A DNA stretch of 64,000 nucleotides from Zancudomyces culisetae HAW-14-8 (taxonomy: Eukaryota > Fungi > Kickxellomycota), in the NCBI GenBank assembly GCA_052426225.1, contig JBNJNM010000013.1, positions 1,302,001 to 1,366,000 of the forward strand, in the 5' to 3' direction. Under the pieces are notes generated by a model. The model had not been told where the DNA came from and ran no database searches. It was given only the letters and a program-made list of their open reading frames with translations. Positions 47,101 to 56,350 of the stretch are shown here, one piece after another (the stretch's first letter is position 1; each line of letters begins with the position of its first letter). The position numbers were made by a program, and so were the translations under genes.

Positions 47101-49388
47101 GAATATTAGGTCACCACGCAACGTAAAGGAATTACAATCGGCACTGGGATTAACAGGCTATTACCGCCGATTCATACCAAACTATGCAAAGGTTACACAG
47201 CCACTTACTAAGTTACTCAGAAAGCAAAGTGTATGGAGCTGGGATACAGAGCAGGAAGCAGCATTGAGACAGCTAAAGGAGCTAATGGCATCGGCGCCTG
47301 TACTTGGACATGCCGATTGGACTAGAGAATTTGTTATTACGACGGATGCTTCAATCGTAGGAATAGGAGCGGTACTGACTCAATTCACAGACGAAGGCGA
47401 AAAGGTGATAGAATACGCAAGCAGAACGACTACAAAATCTGAAAAAAACTACGCCATTAGCCATCTTGAGGGGCTCGCGGTCATCTGGGCCGTGAAAAAG
47501 TTTAAGTTCTACGTTTATGGAAAAAAATTTAGAATTAGAACGGATCATAAGTCCTTGCTGCAGTTATTCCATGGTTCGGAAATCACAGGAAGAGTTGCCC
47601 GCTGGGCAATGTATCTCCGTAACTTTGACTACGAAATAGAACATCTACCAGGAGCCGTTAATCCGGCAGATGCACTTTCCCGGCTACTGCACCAGGAAGA
47701 GTCGGAAAAAACTATTAACGAACTGAAGGTGTATGCTATGGACAGACTAGAGTATGAGGATATTACATCCTATATTGTTGATGGGACACTGCCCAATCAA
47801 GCTGATGAGGAGTACAAGAGGAGGCTTAAGAGGGGGGCAAAACATTATATAGTCACGGATGGTAAGTTATTGAAAGTAGTAAATAACACAACTAAAGTAG
47901 TATTACACTCAGAAAACAGCAGAGCTCTGATAAGATCAATTCATGAGGAGGGTCATGAAGGGATCGAAAACACTTGGAATAGAGTCACTCAAAAATACAC
48001 AGGCAGGAACTTGTATAAGGAAGTTAAACAGATAGTGGAAAGTTGCAGGACATGCCAGCATTATAAAGGGGCAAGATCGCGACGACACCCGTTGGTTCCG
48101 ATATTATCTTCGAAGCCATTCCAAATTGTCGGAATTGACGCAGTCGGTCCCATCTCACCGGTCTCGGCTAATGGTAACAGGTTCATTCTGACGGCAATCG
48201 ATCTGTTTACTAAATGGCCTATTGCAGCTGCCGTTCCAAACATCCAGAGTAATACGATTGTAAACTTTTTAGTAAACGAAGTGGTAGCATACTATGGTGT
48301 TCCACAACAGCTGATAAGCGATAGAGGACCGAGTTTTTTATCTGAAGCAGCAACACAGGTATATGAGTGGCTTGGTATAAATCATACACCGACGACCGCC
48401 TACCGACCCCAAAGTAATGGGCAGGTAGAGCGACTGAATCAGACATTAGTTAACGTGCTTATAAAGCAGTGTCGGAATGATAAGCAAAGTTGGGATTCAT
48501 ATTTGTGGAAAACCTTGCTAGTAATCAGAACATTACGGAATAAATCAACTGGATTATCACCAGCTCAGATGCTATACGGTATCGATTTGGAGTTACCGTC
48601 TACATGGAATTATAATGGAGACATAGATAATATCGAGGAATTGATAATTAGTAGAGTGAAGCAGATTAAAGACGAGTTGCCGCAGTTGAGAGAAATAGGA
48701 CTACGAAGATCAGTAAAGTCTAAACAGGTGCAAGCGGAAAGATATAATGTGAAGGTAAAACTATTTAGGTTCGAACCGGGTGAATTTGTTTTGAAACTAG
48801 TGGATATGGAACGATCCAAACTGGAGCATTATTGGGAAGGCCCGTATAGAGTGGAAAGAGTACTGAGTAAAGGGACATATATCATAAACGATAATGAAGG
48901 CAACCGGGAGCTCGTTCATGGAGATATGTTGAAGAAGTATATATCGAGTAACCACATGATCCCTGATGTAACAACCACTCTGAAGACAAAACTCAAACGG
49001 TTCAAGCAGCCAAGGCGCGATGAGGGCATCCGCGCTTAAGGGGGGGAATCTGTCGTATAGCAGATACGACATTTTTTTTGATTAGTTTTTTGTTGCTGGC
49101 AAATTTTTCTAATCGCTAAAAAATAGCATAAAAATTATAAAATTTGATAAAGTAGATAAAAAATTAGTTAGTTTTAGTTTTTTTAGTTTTTTAAGTGATT
49201 TTAGTCAAAAAATAAAGAATTAGTAAGAGAATAAACGAAAAGATATACAAAATATAAGTACAAAACTATATATAATATACACTGTTTTCAATACATAGTA
49301 ATATTTAATATACAAGAATAGCATAGTGTTGAAAGTTAGGATATAAGTTTTATAATAAAAATATATTTTATACCCAAAAAATATAACA
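44132..49388 (+). mobile_element. Ty3/Gypsy element, family B copy 2 (mirror of B1)
   Basis: LTRs at 44132-44469 and 49051-49388. All B1/B2 coordinates sum to 74215, and the translated ORFs are identical. It ends 8 nt before tRNA copy 2. Confidence 0.96.
44600..49039 (+). CDS. Gag-Pol polyprotein of element B2
   Basis: Same 1479-aa translation as 25176-29615. Confidence 0.96.
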   Translation: MTITTPKTFEVNKGIDPEEWIEDFKLIAKLNGWNDFDLIDLVKLFLGSREKIWYKKNRTTFNTWDELAKKFKEKFSTKSSKGKVWERLRSIKQTEFGNVDEFEVELVQLLDQAKIKDEEIRFDILLSTLKRETKEKVESLDIKKWERVMELLLNEEGSTESIPRKQELREKSSGPSKEYNANAASRGKSVKDLAKQQIPMGDMLKKFEEMSVSLITKVEQLVNKRLKEATVSSHRPQPYVVRCYYCNEQGHRRYECPKMKESEPRDSGKVDIQKSINYIELDRNTDTDENNADVFAVDKRKHNEVAGGSSEQRASRYKTTRVSRDSFQGAEPSIIGSSVTEFREGTTINDGSTAHSKQSSRSQQTLKNSNKTFSIVEELRKVHPKIDVLQLLESAPALSEELTNFLRKEKAAELNEIQLQEKKTSNCRILVNVFGQKLWAVVDTGAACSVVTYNLVEGWGIELDSKKGLTLVTADGKRHSTLGKVNQVPVMISSFTLPVNLVVMSRNDDTLILGTDWLLQHRVSLNLKVPELRIPVENVEIVTRLETSCEEGPEEEDTELYTVIKDTPVGVGTSQGTEFKDVISEYKDLFVNDLSELTQTGVTEHRIVLNDNMPIRLRPYRIPFRLQEEVANQLVEMEKQGIISPTTSEWCAPVVVVHKKNGKIRICADYRRLNEVTKKDSYPLPVIADLFMALSGAAIFSSLDAMSGFWQIRMHPADKSKTAFAIPGSGAYEYNVMPFGLTNSPATFQRAMEKALNAVLWKCAVVFVDDVIVYSRSVEEHREDLKRVLSLLKEHNIQLHSDKCVIGFTELEYLGHTISKNGIGTSAKKVEAIMNIRSPRNVKELQSALGLTGYYRRFIPNYAKVTQPLTKLLRKQSVWSWDTEQEAALRQLKELMASAPVLGHADWTREFVITTDASIVGIGAVLTQFTDEGEKVIEYASRTTTKSEKNYAISHLEGLAVIWAVKKFKFYVYGKKFRIRTDHKSLLQLFHGSEITGRVARWAMYLRNFDYEIEHLPGAVNPADALSRLLHQEESEKTINELKVYAMDRLEYEDITSYIVDGTLPNQADEEYKRRLKRGAKHYIVTDGKLLKVVNNTTKVVLHSENSRALIRSIHEEGHEGIENTWNRVTQKYTGRNLYKEVKQIVESCRTCQHYKGARSRRHPLVPILSSKPFQIVGIDAVGPISPVSANGNRFILTAIDLFTKWPIAAAVPNIQSNTIVNFLVNEVVAYYGVPQQLISDRGPSFLSEAATQVYEWLGINHTPTTAYRPQSNGQVERLNQTLVNVLIKQCRNDKQSWDSYLWKTLLVIRTLRNKSTGLSPAQMLYGIDLELPSTWNYNGDIDNIEELIISRVKQIKDELPQLREIGLRRSVKSKQVQAERYNVKVKLFRFEPGEFVLKLVDMERSKLEHYWEGPYRVERVLSKGTYIINDNEGNRELVHGDMLKKYISSNHMIPDVTTTLKTKLKRFKQPRRDEGIRA

Positions 49389-49396
49389 AAAATAGG

Positions 49397-49478
49397 GGTA
49401 TCATGGCCGAGCGGTCTAAGGCGCCGCACTCAAGTTGCGGTCTCGAAAGAGGCGTGAGTTCGAATCTCACTGATACCA
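49397..49478 (+). tRNA. tRNA-Leu(CAA), copy 2
   Basis: Exact reverse complement of 19416-19497, followed by a TTTT terminator. Confidence 0.97.
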
Positions 49479-49559
49479 TTTTGGGTTTAATTTGTTTTTT
49501 TACATAAATTATAAATATTAATGTATGTCTAATTTGTTATAGTGTAGTATAACGTTTAC

Positions 49560-52500
49560 TGTAGTATAACGGCTACATACTTTTTGCTAGCGAATCAATT
49601 GCGATTCCTTAGCATAATATAACTACCAATTAACTTGTAGTTAATTTATATCTAAATATTTATAACAGTAAAGTTGAATATCTGAACGATCAGGGAATAA
49701 AAGCGAAGCGGACAAGGAAAATAAACATCTTGAGCCTTTCTTAACGGAATATACTTTACATATACGGTTTTTACATACTTAGTAATTGACAATAGTACTA
49801 CATTGAGATAGTTTACTTAGTATTTTATTATTATTACAACAATAATAAAAGTTATTAAAACATTCTTATTACGGCAAACAGAACTAGTTAAGTGATCCGA
49901 GACCTGAGTATAACTGACACAATCAGTGCTATACCAAACTCAGCCATCACATTAGCTGAAAAATATATCAGATAACTTATTACATCTACAATATATTACA
50001 ATTGGGGGCTCTGCCGGGAAATTTAATCTCCATATATCTCAGTTGAGGGAGAATTGAATGTTTATTTACAAAAAGATTCAATTACAGTAGTACAACAACG
50101 TCAAAGTATACAGATTCAAATGATGGAAAAGCCTGTCATATTTGAGGCTCAAGGTTCATTAGATCCAAAAGAGTGGATTTACAGATATAAATTAATAGCT
50201 AAAGTAAACAAATGGTCAGATACCGATGCTATTGAGTTGATTCAGCTTTATTTAGGAAAGAAAGAATTACAATGGTACAAGAAAAACACTAAAGAGTTTA
50301 AAGACTGGGATACTCTGGTTACCAAGTTTACAGAGAAATATTCAAGCAAAGAGATGAATTTTGTATACTGGAAGAAAATTCAGATGATCAAACAGGAAGA
50401 TTTTGCCTCAGTTGAAGACTTTGAGTTAGAACTAGAGGAATTGTTTGAGAAGGCAGAAGTAACAGATGAAGGTGTCAAATGGAACTGTTTGATGAACGCA
50501 CTAAGTGAGAAGAACAAGCGCAAGGTGTTAGAGTCAGATAATAAGAAATGGGCAGATGCAATTAAGCTAATTGGGAAGTCGGAAAAGATTAAAGAAGCAG
50601 TAAAACCGAAGCCAGTAAAACCGAAGCCACTTAGTTCCAAAGACAGATTGAATGAGGCCAGGAAAAGATTTCAGGATAGCAAAGAAAAGTTTGAGCAGCG
50701 AAATAAGATGCGGGAAAAGGCAAAGCAGGACAATGACTATAATGACATGATGAAGCAGTTTGAAAAGCTAAGTGTAAATGTCATGAATAAAGTAGATGAG
50801 GCGGTTGATAGGAGATTTAATAATACAAGAGGGAGAACTTACCATGATCGTTTTATACCCACATGCTACCACTGTGGAAGGAAAGGACACAGGAAATATG
50901 AATGCAGACAGTTAGCCCAAGAAGAAACGGAGTATGAAACAAGCAGCGAAGATTCAGACGATTTAAACTGTATCGAGGTCGAAGATGTTAGCTGTGATGA
51001 AGTTTTTGGAGCAGACCGCGTGGATAAAAATAAACCTGCCATCGGACCCTATAAAAAAAATGAATATTTAAATAATAATATTAATAAATTTGAAGTTAAA
51101 CCAAAAGAAAATAGAATAAAAAATACAAAAGTTATAAAACCATATAAAACAATTAAAGAGATCGAAATGAAGAAAGCACCTACATTAAGAAGTCGAGAAT
51201 CAGATTCGAAAGCCAAAGCGTATACAAAGAAGAAATACACGATTAAAGCGGCAGAAAACACAGACAGTTACTCACTCAAGGAAGATTTAGGAGCGGTATA
51301 CCCTAAAATTAGTATGATACAATTACTAGAAGCCTCACCAAAACTCGCAAAGGAAATGGCAAACCTGTGCAAACGAGTAGAGGATAAAGAGGTAAACGAA
51401 ATAAAATATAAGGAGACAAAAACTAGTAATTGTAAGGTTACCGTGGAAATATTCGGACAAGAAGTGAAGACCATTCTGGATACGGGTGCAGCGTGTTCAG
51501 TTGCCACTCCCGAGTTAGTCGAGAATTGGGGACTTGAGGTAGAGCAGGATTCTAGTCAGATGATCATCACTGCAGACGGAAGTAAACACGCATCGTTGGG
51601 AAAGGTATTGGACGTGCCTATAAGGATAGGAAAGCAAATATTTAACGCGGATCTAACTGTAATGGAAAGACATGATCAATCGTTAATATTGGGTACCGAC
51701 TGGTTAGTCAGACACAAAGCAACTATAGATCTTGAAATATCACAACTAATAATTTCAAATGGAGAGCTTTCCGTTCACTTACCATTAAAAACTTCAAAGG
51801 CAACAGTACTGACAAGCTACGACGAATCCGAACTTTATGCTATAGTTAAAGAGAAATACATTGAAGTTGATAATAGTTTAGTAGATACAGATGAGAGAAT
51901 AATAAAGTTAGTTCAACAGTATAAAGGGATGTTTGTAAACGAATTGGAAGAATTAAAGCAGTCGGATACAACCGAACACAAAATTATACTTACCGAAGAG
52001 ATACCAATAAAACAGCGGCCATACAGGATACCTCAGGCAAAACAGCAGCTAGTGCGGAAAGAACTGGAGCTTATGGAACAGCATGGAATCATCTCACCAG
52101 CCTCTTCACCATGGTGCTCACCTGTGGTAGTAGTAACAAAGAAAAACGGTAAGCTTCGAGTGTGTGCAGATTATAGGAAATTAAATAGTATTACAAAGAA
52201 GGATACTTACCCGTTGCCAGTCATTGACGACATTTTCATGGCATTGTCCGGAGCGACGGTTTTCAGCAGCTTGGATGCTATGTCAGGCTTCTGGCAGATA
52301 CCTATGAGTAGAGAAGACAGAGATAAGACAGCGTTTGCTATCCCTGGAGGAGGAAGTTATATATACAATGTAATGCCGTTTGGTTTAACCAACAGCCCGG
52401 CTACATTTCAACGGGTTATGGAAGAGGTCTTACATTCAGTTCTGTGGTCCTGTGCTATTGTATTTGTCGACGACATTATAATCTATTCGAAGAACATGAA

Positions 52501-55477
52501 ACAGCATTTAGAAGATTTAGAACAAGTATTTAAGTTATTACAGGCAAGAAACATTCAGCTTCACAAAGACAAATGTGTTTTAGGAAAGGATGAAATAACT
52601 TACCTGGGACACAGGATTTCAAAGGAAGGGATAAGCACCTGTGAAGATAAACTAGCAGCAGTTAAAAAATTAGAATCTCCTAAGAATGTTAAAGAAGTAC
52701 AATCAATATTGGGATTAACAGGATATTACAGGAAGTTTATATATAACTATAGTAAAATATGTTTACCTTTAACTAACTTGCTGAAGAAGAATAAAGAGTG
52801 GACATGGTCAGAAAACGAAGAAAAAGCACTGGATCAGCTTAAACAAGCACTGCTCGACGCACCGGTGTTAGCACACCCTGACTGGAACAAAACATTTACC
52901 GTTACGACTGACGCATCGATAGACGGAATCGGAGCAATACTCTCCCAAGAGTACGATTCGGGAGATCGCCCTATTGCATATATAAGTAGAAAAACAACCA
53001 AACATGAGAGAAATTACTCAATCAGTCACCTAGAAGGGTTAGCTGTCGTTTGGGCTGTAGTTAAATTTAAATATTTTGTATGGGGCCGAAGGTTTATAAT
53101 AAAAACAGACCATAAAAGCTTGTTAAATCTGTTTAACGGAAAAGAACTTACGGGAAGAGTAGCTAGATGGGCCATGCTACTACGCAACTACGATTATGAG
53201 ATTCAGCACCTACCAGGAAAGAAAAACCCAGCAGACAGTTTATCCAGATTGCCAACCGAAATATTATCAGACGAAAACGATTCCGCAGCAGAATTTAGAG
53301 ATCTAAATTGTCTTGAGATAAGTGAATATAATAACATAATGAATGATATTCTAAATCCAAATAATTTACCAAATTCCCAGGACGATACTAGAACATATAC
53401 CAGAGTTCAAAATACGAAGCGATATTTCCTTAAGGACGGATCATTATATATAAAAATCGGAAATACTGAAAAGCAGGTATTAAATACGGATAACGCAAGC
53501 GAAGAAATATATAAAGTGCATTTCGAGACGCACGAAGGCGTAGAAAACACTTATAACCGAATTAAACAATTGTTTCATGGAAAGAATTTATTCAAAATAA
53601 CGAAAGATATAGTAAAAAGTTGTGAAGTTTGTCAACTGTATAAAGGAAATAAAAGCAAAAAAAATTACCTAACAACTGTTGAAGGAAACCGCCCATTCGA
53701 AATATGGGGAATAGACGCCATGGGTCCAATTAACCCAGTTTCAAAGAGCGGAAACCGCTACATACTAACTGCGATAGACTACTGCACCAAATGGCCAGTA
53801 GCCTTACCAGTTCCGAATCTATTAAGTAGCACCATAATTAATTTCATTATATATAAAATAGTAATGGACTATGGAGTCCCGACTCAATTAGTTACAGACC
53901 AAGGTTCAAGTTTCATGTCCGAAGCAACCAAGGCAGTATACAAGTGGTTGGGCATAAAGCATGCACCCACCTCAGGTTATCGACCTCAGAGCAACGGACA
54001 GGTCGAACGATTAAACAGGTCTATAAAGTCAATAATGTCGAAACAAATAGATGAAGACTACCTTAACTGGGATACCTACCTTTGGAAGACACTGCTAATA
54101 CTACGGACACTGAGCAGCAAGACAACTGGCTTCACACCGGCAGAACTACTCTATGGTAAGGACCTGACTATGGCACACAACTGGACTCCTGCCAATCTAA
54201 TCGACACAAGGAACGAGTTAGTGCACCATAGGATCGAATTCCTTAGCACTGGATTAAAGGAAATTCGAGAACTAGGTTTGGAAAATTCGAAAGTAAAGAA
54301 GTTGAAACAAAAAGGATACTACGACAAAAAAGTGAAAGAAAAATTATTTAAGAAAAACGACATTGTTTTGAAGTACATCGAAGGCGAAAAAACGAAATTT
54401 CAAAGAATTTGGAAAGGGCCGTACAAAGTCGAAAAAATTTTGATAAACGGAACATACGTAATTGTCGATAGCGAAGGAAATAGCGAACTAGTCAATGGCG
54501 ACACTATTAAATTATTTCACGATTCAAATTAGCCAATTAATTATTTATTTACTATGAAATGTTCGAAAATTGATAAGAAAAAAAATTTTTGAATTGAAAA
54601 ATAAACTCGAAAACACGAAACGACTACATAAAAATCAGAAAAACCGAAAAATCGAATTGAAATAAAAATTAGAAAAGACAGAAATCGAATTGAAAAAAAA
54701 ATCAGAAAAGATAAATAATCGAACGGATAAAAATCAGAAAAGTCAAAAAATCAAATTGATAAAAATCAGAAAATTAAACAAAGCTACAACATAAAAATCA
54801 TAAAATATAATAATCCAAAAACATTAATATATACTTTATTTTTAACAGAATTTAGGGCGAGATTAACGATATGGAAAACATAAACGGAGAAATGAAGTAA
54901 CATTAATACGAAATTGGAACAACGAGATTCGAGATTATCGAAATGGGCTTTGAAAAGCGGAGTATAGGAGATTAGGAATCGAAATTGAAGTTTCGAGATT
55001 CGAGATGAGGACACTTCGAAATAAAGCGGGGGGTATTGTAGTATAACGGCTACATACTTTTTGCTAGCGAATCAATTGCGATTCCTTAGCATAATATAAC
55101 TACCAATTAACTTGTAGTTAATTTATATCTAAATATTTATAACAGTAAAGTTGAATATCTGAACGATCAGGGAATAAAAGCGAAGCGGACAAGGAAAATA
55201 AACATCTTGAGCCTTTCTTAACGGAATATACTTTACATATACGGTTTTTACATACTTAGTAATTGACAATAGTACTACATTGAGATAGTTTACTTAGTAT
55301 TTTATTATTATTACAACAATAATAAAAGTTATTAAAACATTCTTATTACGGCAAACAGAACTAGTTAAGTGATCCGAGACCTGAGTATAACTGACACAAT
55401 CAGTGCTATACCAAACTCAGCCATCACATTAGCTGAAAAATATATCAGATAACTTATTACATCTACAATATATTACA
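49560..55477 (+). mobile_element. Ty3/Gypsy element, family E, full length, nested in an older E LTR
   Basis: 441-bp LTRs at 49560-50000 and 55037-55477 look identical. TSD TTAC, PBS TGGGGGCTCTGCCGGGA (tRNA-Pro type), PPT AAAGCGGGGGG. The interrupted older LTR is at 49543-49559 and 55478-55550. Confidence 0.96.
50120..54532 (+). CDS. Gag-Pol polyprotein of element E (likely start MMEKP at 50120)
   Basis: CYHCGRKGHRKYEC, ILDTGA, FVDD, TTDAS, GQVER, WKGPY. The ORF-track start at 50054 is a TTG. Confidence 0.93.
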   Translation: MMEKPVIFEAQGSLDPKEWIYRYKLIAKVNKWSDTDAIELIQLYLGKKELQWYKKNTKEFKDWDTLVTKFTEKYSSKEMNFVYWKKIQMIKQEDFASVEDFELELEELFEKAEVTDEGVKWNCLMNALSEKNKRKVLESDNKKWADAIKLIGKSEKIKEAVKPKPVKPKPLSSKDRLNEARKRFQDSKEKFEQRNKMREKAKQDNDYNDMMKQFEKLSVNVMNKVDEAVDRRFNNTRGRTYHDRFIPTCYHCGRKGHRKYECRQLAQEETEYETSSEDSDDLNCIEVEDVSCDEVFGADRVDKNKPAIGPYKKNEYLNNNINKFEVKPKENRIKNTKVIKPYKTIKEIEMKKAPTLRSRESDSKAKAYTKKKYTIKAAENTDSYSLKEDLGAVYPKISMIQLLEASPKLAKEMANLCKRVEDKEVNEIKYKETKTSNCKVTVEIFGQEVKTILDTGAACSVATPELVENWGLEVEQDSSQMIITADGSKHASLGKVLDVPIRIGKQIFNADLTVMERHDQSLILGTDWLVRHKATIDLEISQLIISNGELSVHLPLKTSKATVLTSYDESELYAIVKEKYIEVDNSLVDTDERIIKLVQQYKGMFVNELEELKQSDTTEHKIILTEEIPIKQRPYRIPQAKQQLVRKELELMEQHGIISPASSPWCSPVVVVTKKNGKLRVCADYRKLNSITKKDTYPLPVIDDIFMALSGATVFSSLDAMSGFWQIPMSREDRDKTAFAIPGGGSYIYNVMPFGLTNSPATFQRVMEEVLHSVLWSCAIVFVDDIIIYSKNMKQHLEDLEQVFKLLQARNIQLHKDKCVLGKDEITYLGHRISKEGISTCEDKLAAVKKLESPKNVKEVQSILGLTGYYRKFIYNYSKICLPLTNLLKKNKEWTWSENEEKALDQLKQALLDAPVLAHPDWNKTFTVTTDASIDGIGAILSQEYDSGDRPIAYISRKTTKHERNYSISHLEGLAVVWAVVKFKYFVWGRRFIIKTDHKSLLNLFNGKELTGRVARWAMLLRNYDYEIQHLPGKKNPADSLSRLPTEILSDENDSAAEFRDLNCLEISEYNNIMNDILNPNNLPNSQDDTRTYTRVQNTKRYFLKDGSLYIKIGNTEKQVLNTDNASEEIYKVHFETHEGVENTYNRIKQLFHGKNLFKITKDIVKSCEVCQLYKGNKSKKNYLTTVEGNRPFEIWGIDAMGPINPVSKSGNRYILTAIDYCTKWPVALPVPNLLSSTIINFIIYKIVMDYGVPTQLVTDQGSSFMSEATKAVYKWLGIKHAPTSGYRPQSNGQVERLNRSIKSIMSKQIDEDYLNWDTYLWKTLLILRTLSSKTTGFTPAELLYGKDLTMAHNWTPANLIDTRNELVHHRIEFLSTGLKEIRELGLENSKVKKLKQKGYYDKKVKEKLFKKNDIVLKYIEGEKTKFQRIWKGPYKVEKILINGTYVIVDSEGNSELVNGDTIKLFHDSN

Positions 55478-55550
55478 TTACATAATTTTTGCTAGCTAAT
55501 CAATCGCGATTCCTTAGCGAAGTTAACCACCAATGAATGCATAGCGAGAT

Positions 55551-55985
55551 TGTAGTATAACGGCTACATACTTTTTGTTAGCGAATCAATTGCGATTCCT
55601 TAGTAGAAGATAACTACCAATGATAGCTAGCAGAATATATAGTAAAAATGATCTAAGATAGTAAAGTGAATAACAAACCGAATAAAACAAGAGCGGACAA
55701 CGAAAATAGCATCTGCAGCCTTTCTAACAAGAATATACTTTACATATACGTTTATATATACTTAATAATTGAAAATAGCACCTTACTGATATAGTTTACT
55801 TAGTGTTTTATTAGTATTATATCAATAATAAAAGGTATTTAAAACATTCTTCATACGGCAAACAGAACTAGTGAAGTGATCCGAGACCTGAGTATAACTG
55901 ACATAATCAGTTCTTTACCAAACTCAGCCGTCACATTAGCTGAAAAATATATCAGATAATTAATAACATCTACTATATTTTAAAA
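55551..55985 (+). mobile_element. Family-E solo LTR variant
   Basis: Begins TGTAGTATAACGGCTACA and is colinear with the E LTR. The 3' end is decayed. Confidence 0.85.
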
Positions 55986-56350
55986 TATACTGGTTATGTC
56001 ATCTATACTCAGGTATTTGATCAAGTAATTATTACTGTTTACCAATAGTGAATGAACCACTTTTAATTTTATTATTATATTATAAATTTATACAAATGTA
56101 ATATCAATTCCTTCTGGACTTTAAAGAAATCTATATAGTTTGAATATGTAAATGTGAGATTATTCGGATTTGAAAGTCTAGTTTCTCGCGTTTCACTATC
56201 TGGTCTCGTTTTTATTTGCCGTTTCTTTTGCTGTTCAATTTTAATACTTGATCATTCTATAAAAATTTACCACTAGCGCTCTCATTAGTTGTCTTATAGC
56301 TATTGAATTGTATTTGATTTGCTAGCAAAAGAATGTTGCTAATGTACTAC
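55986..56350 (-). mobile_element. Old E-like solo LTR, reverse orientation
   Basis: CTGGTTATGTCA..TATACTCAGGT and TGCTAGCAAAAG...TACTACA resemble the reverse complement of the E LTR. Confidence 0.55.

Noticed and set aside
25143-49072. Many small duplicated antisense ORFs within B1 and B2
   Set aside because: They are duplicated only because the element is duplicated, and show no independent coding evidence.
18400-56350. CRISPR-like or prokaryotic defence array
   Set aside because: The repeats are LTRs of several hundred bp in a eukaryotic, intron-containing context, with no repeat-spacer periodicity.
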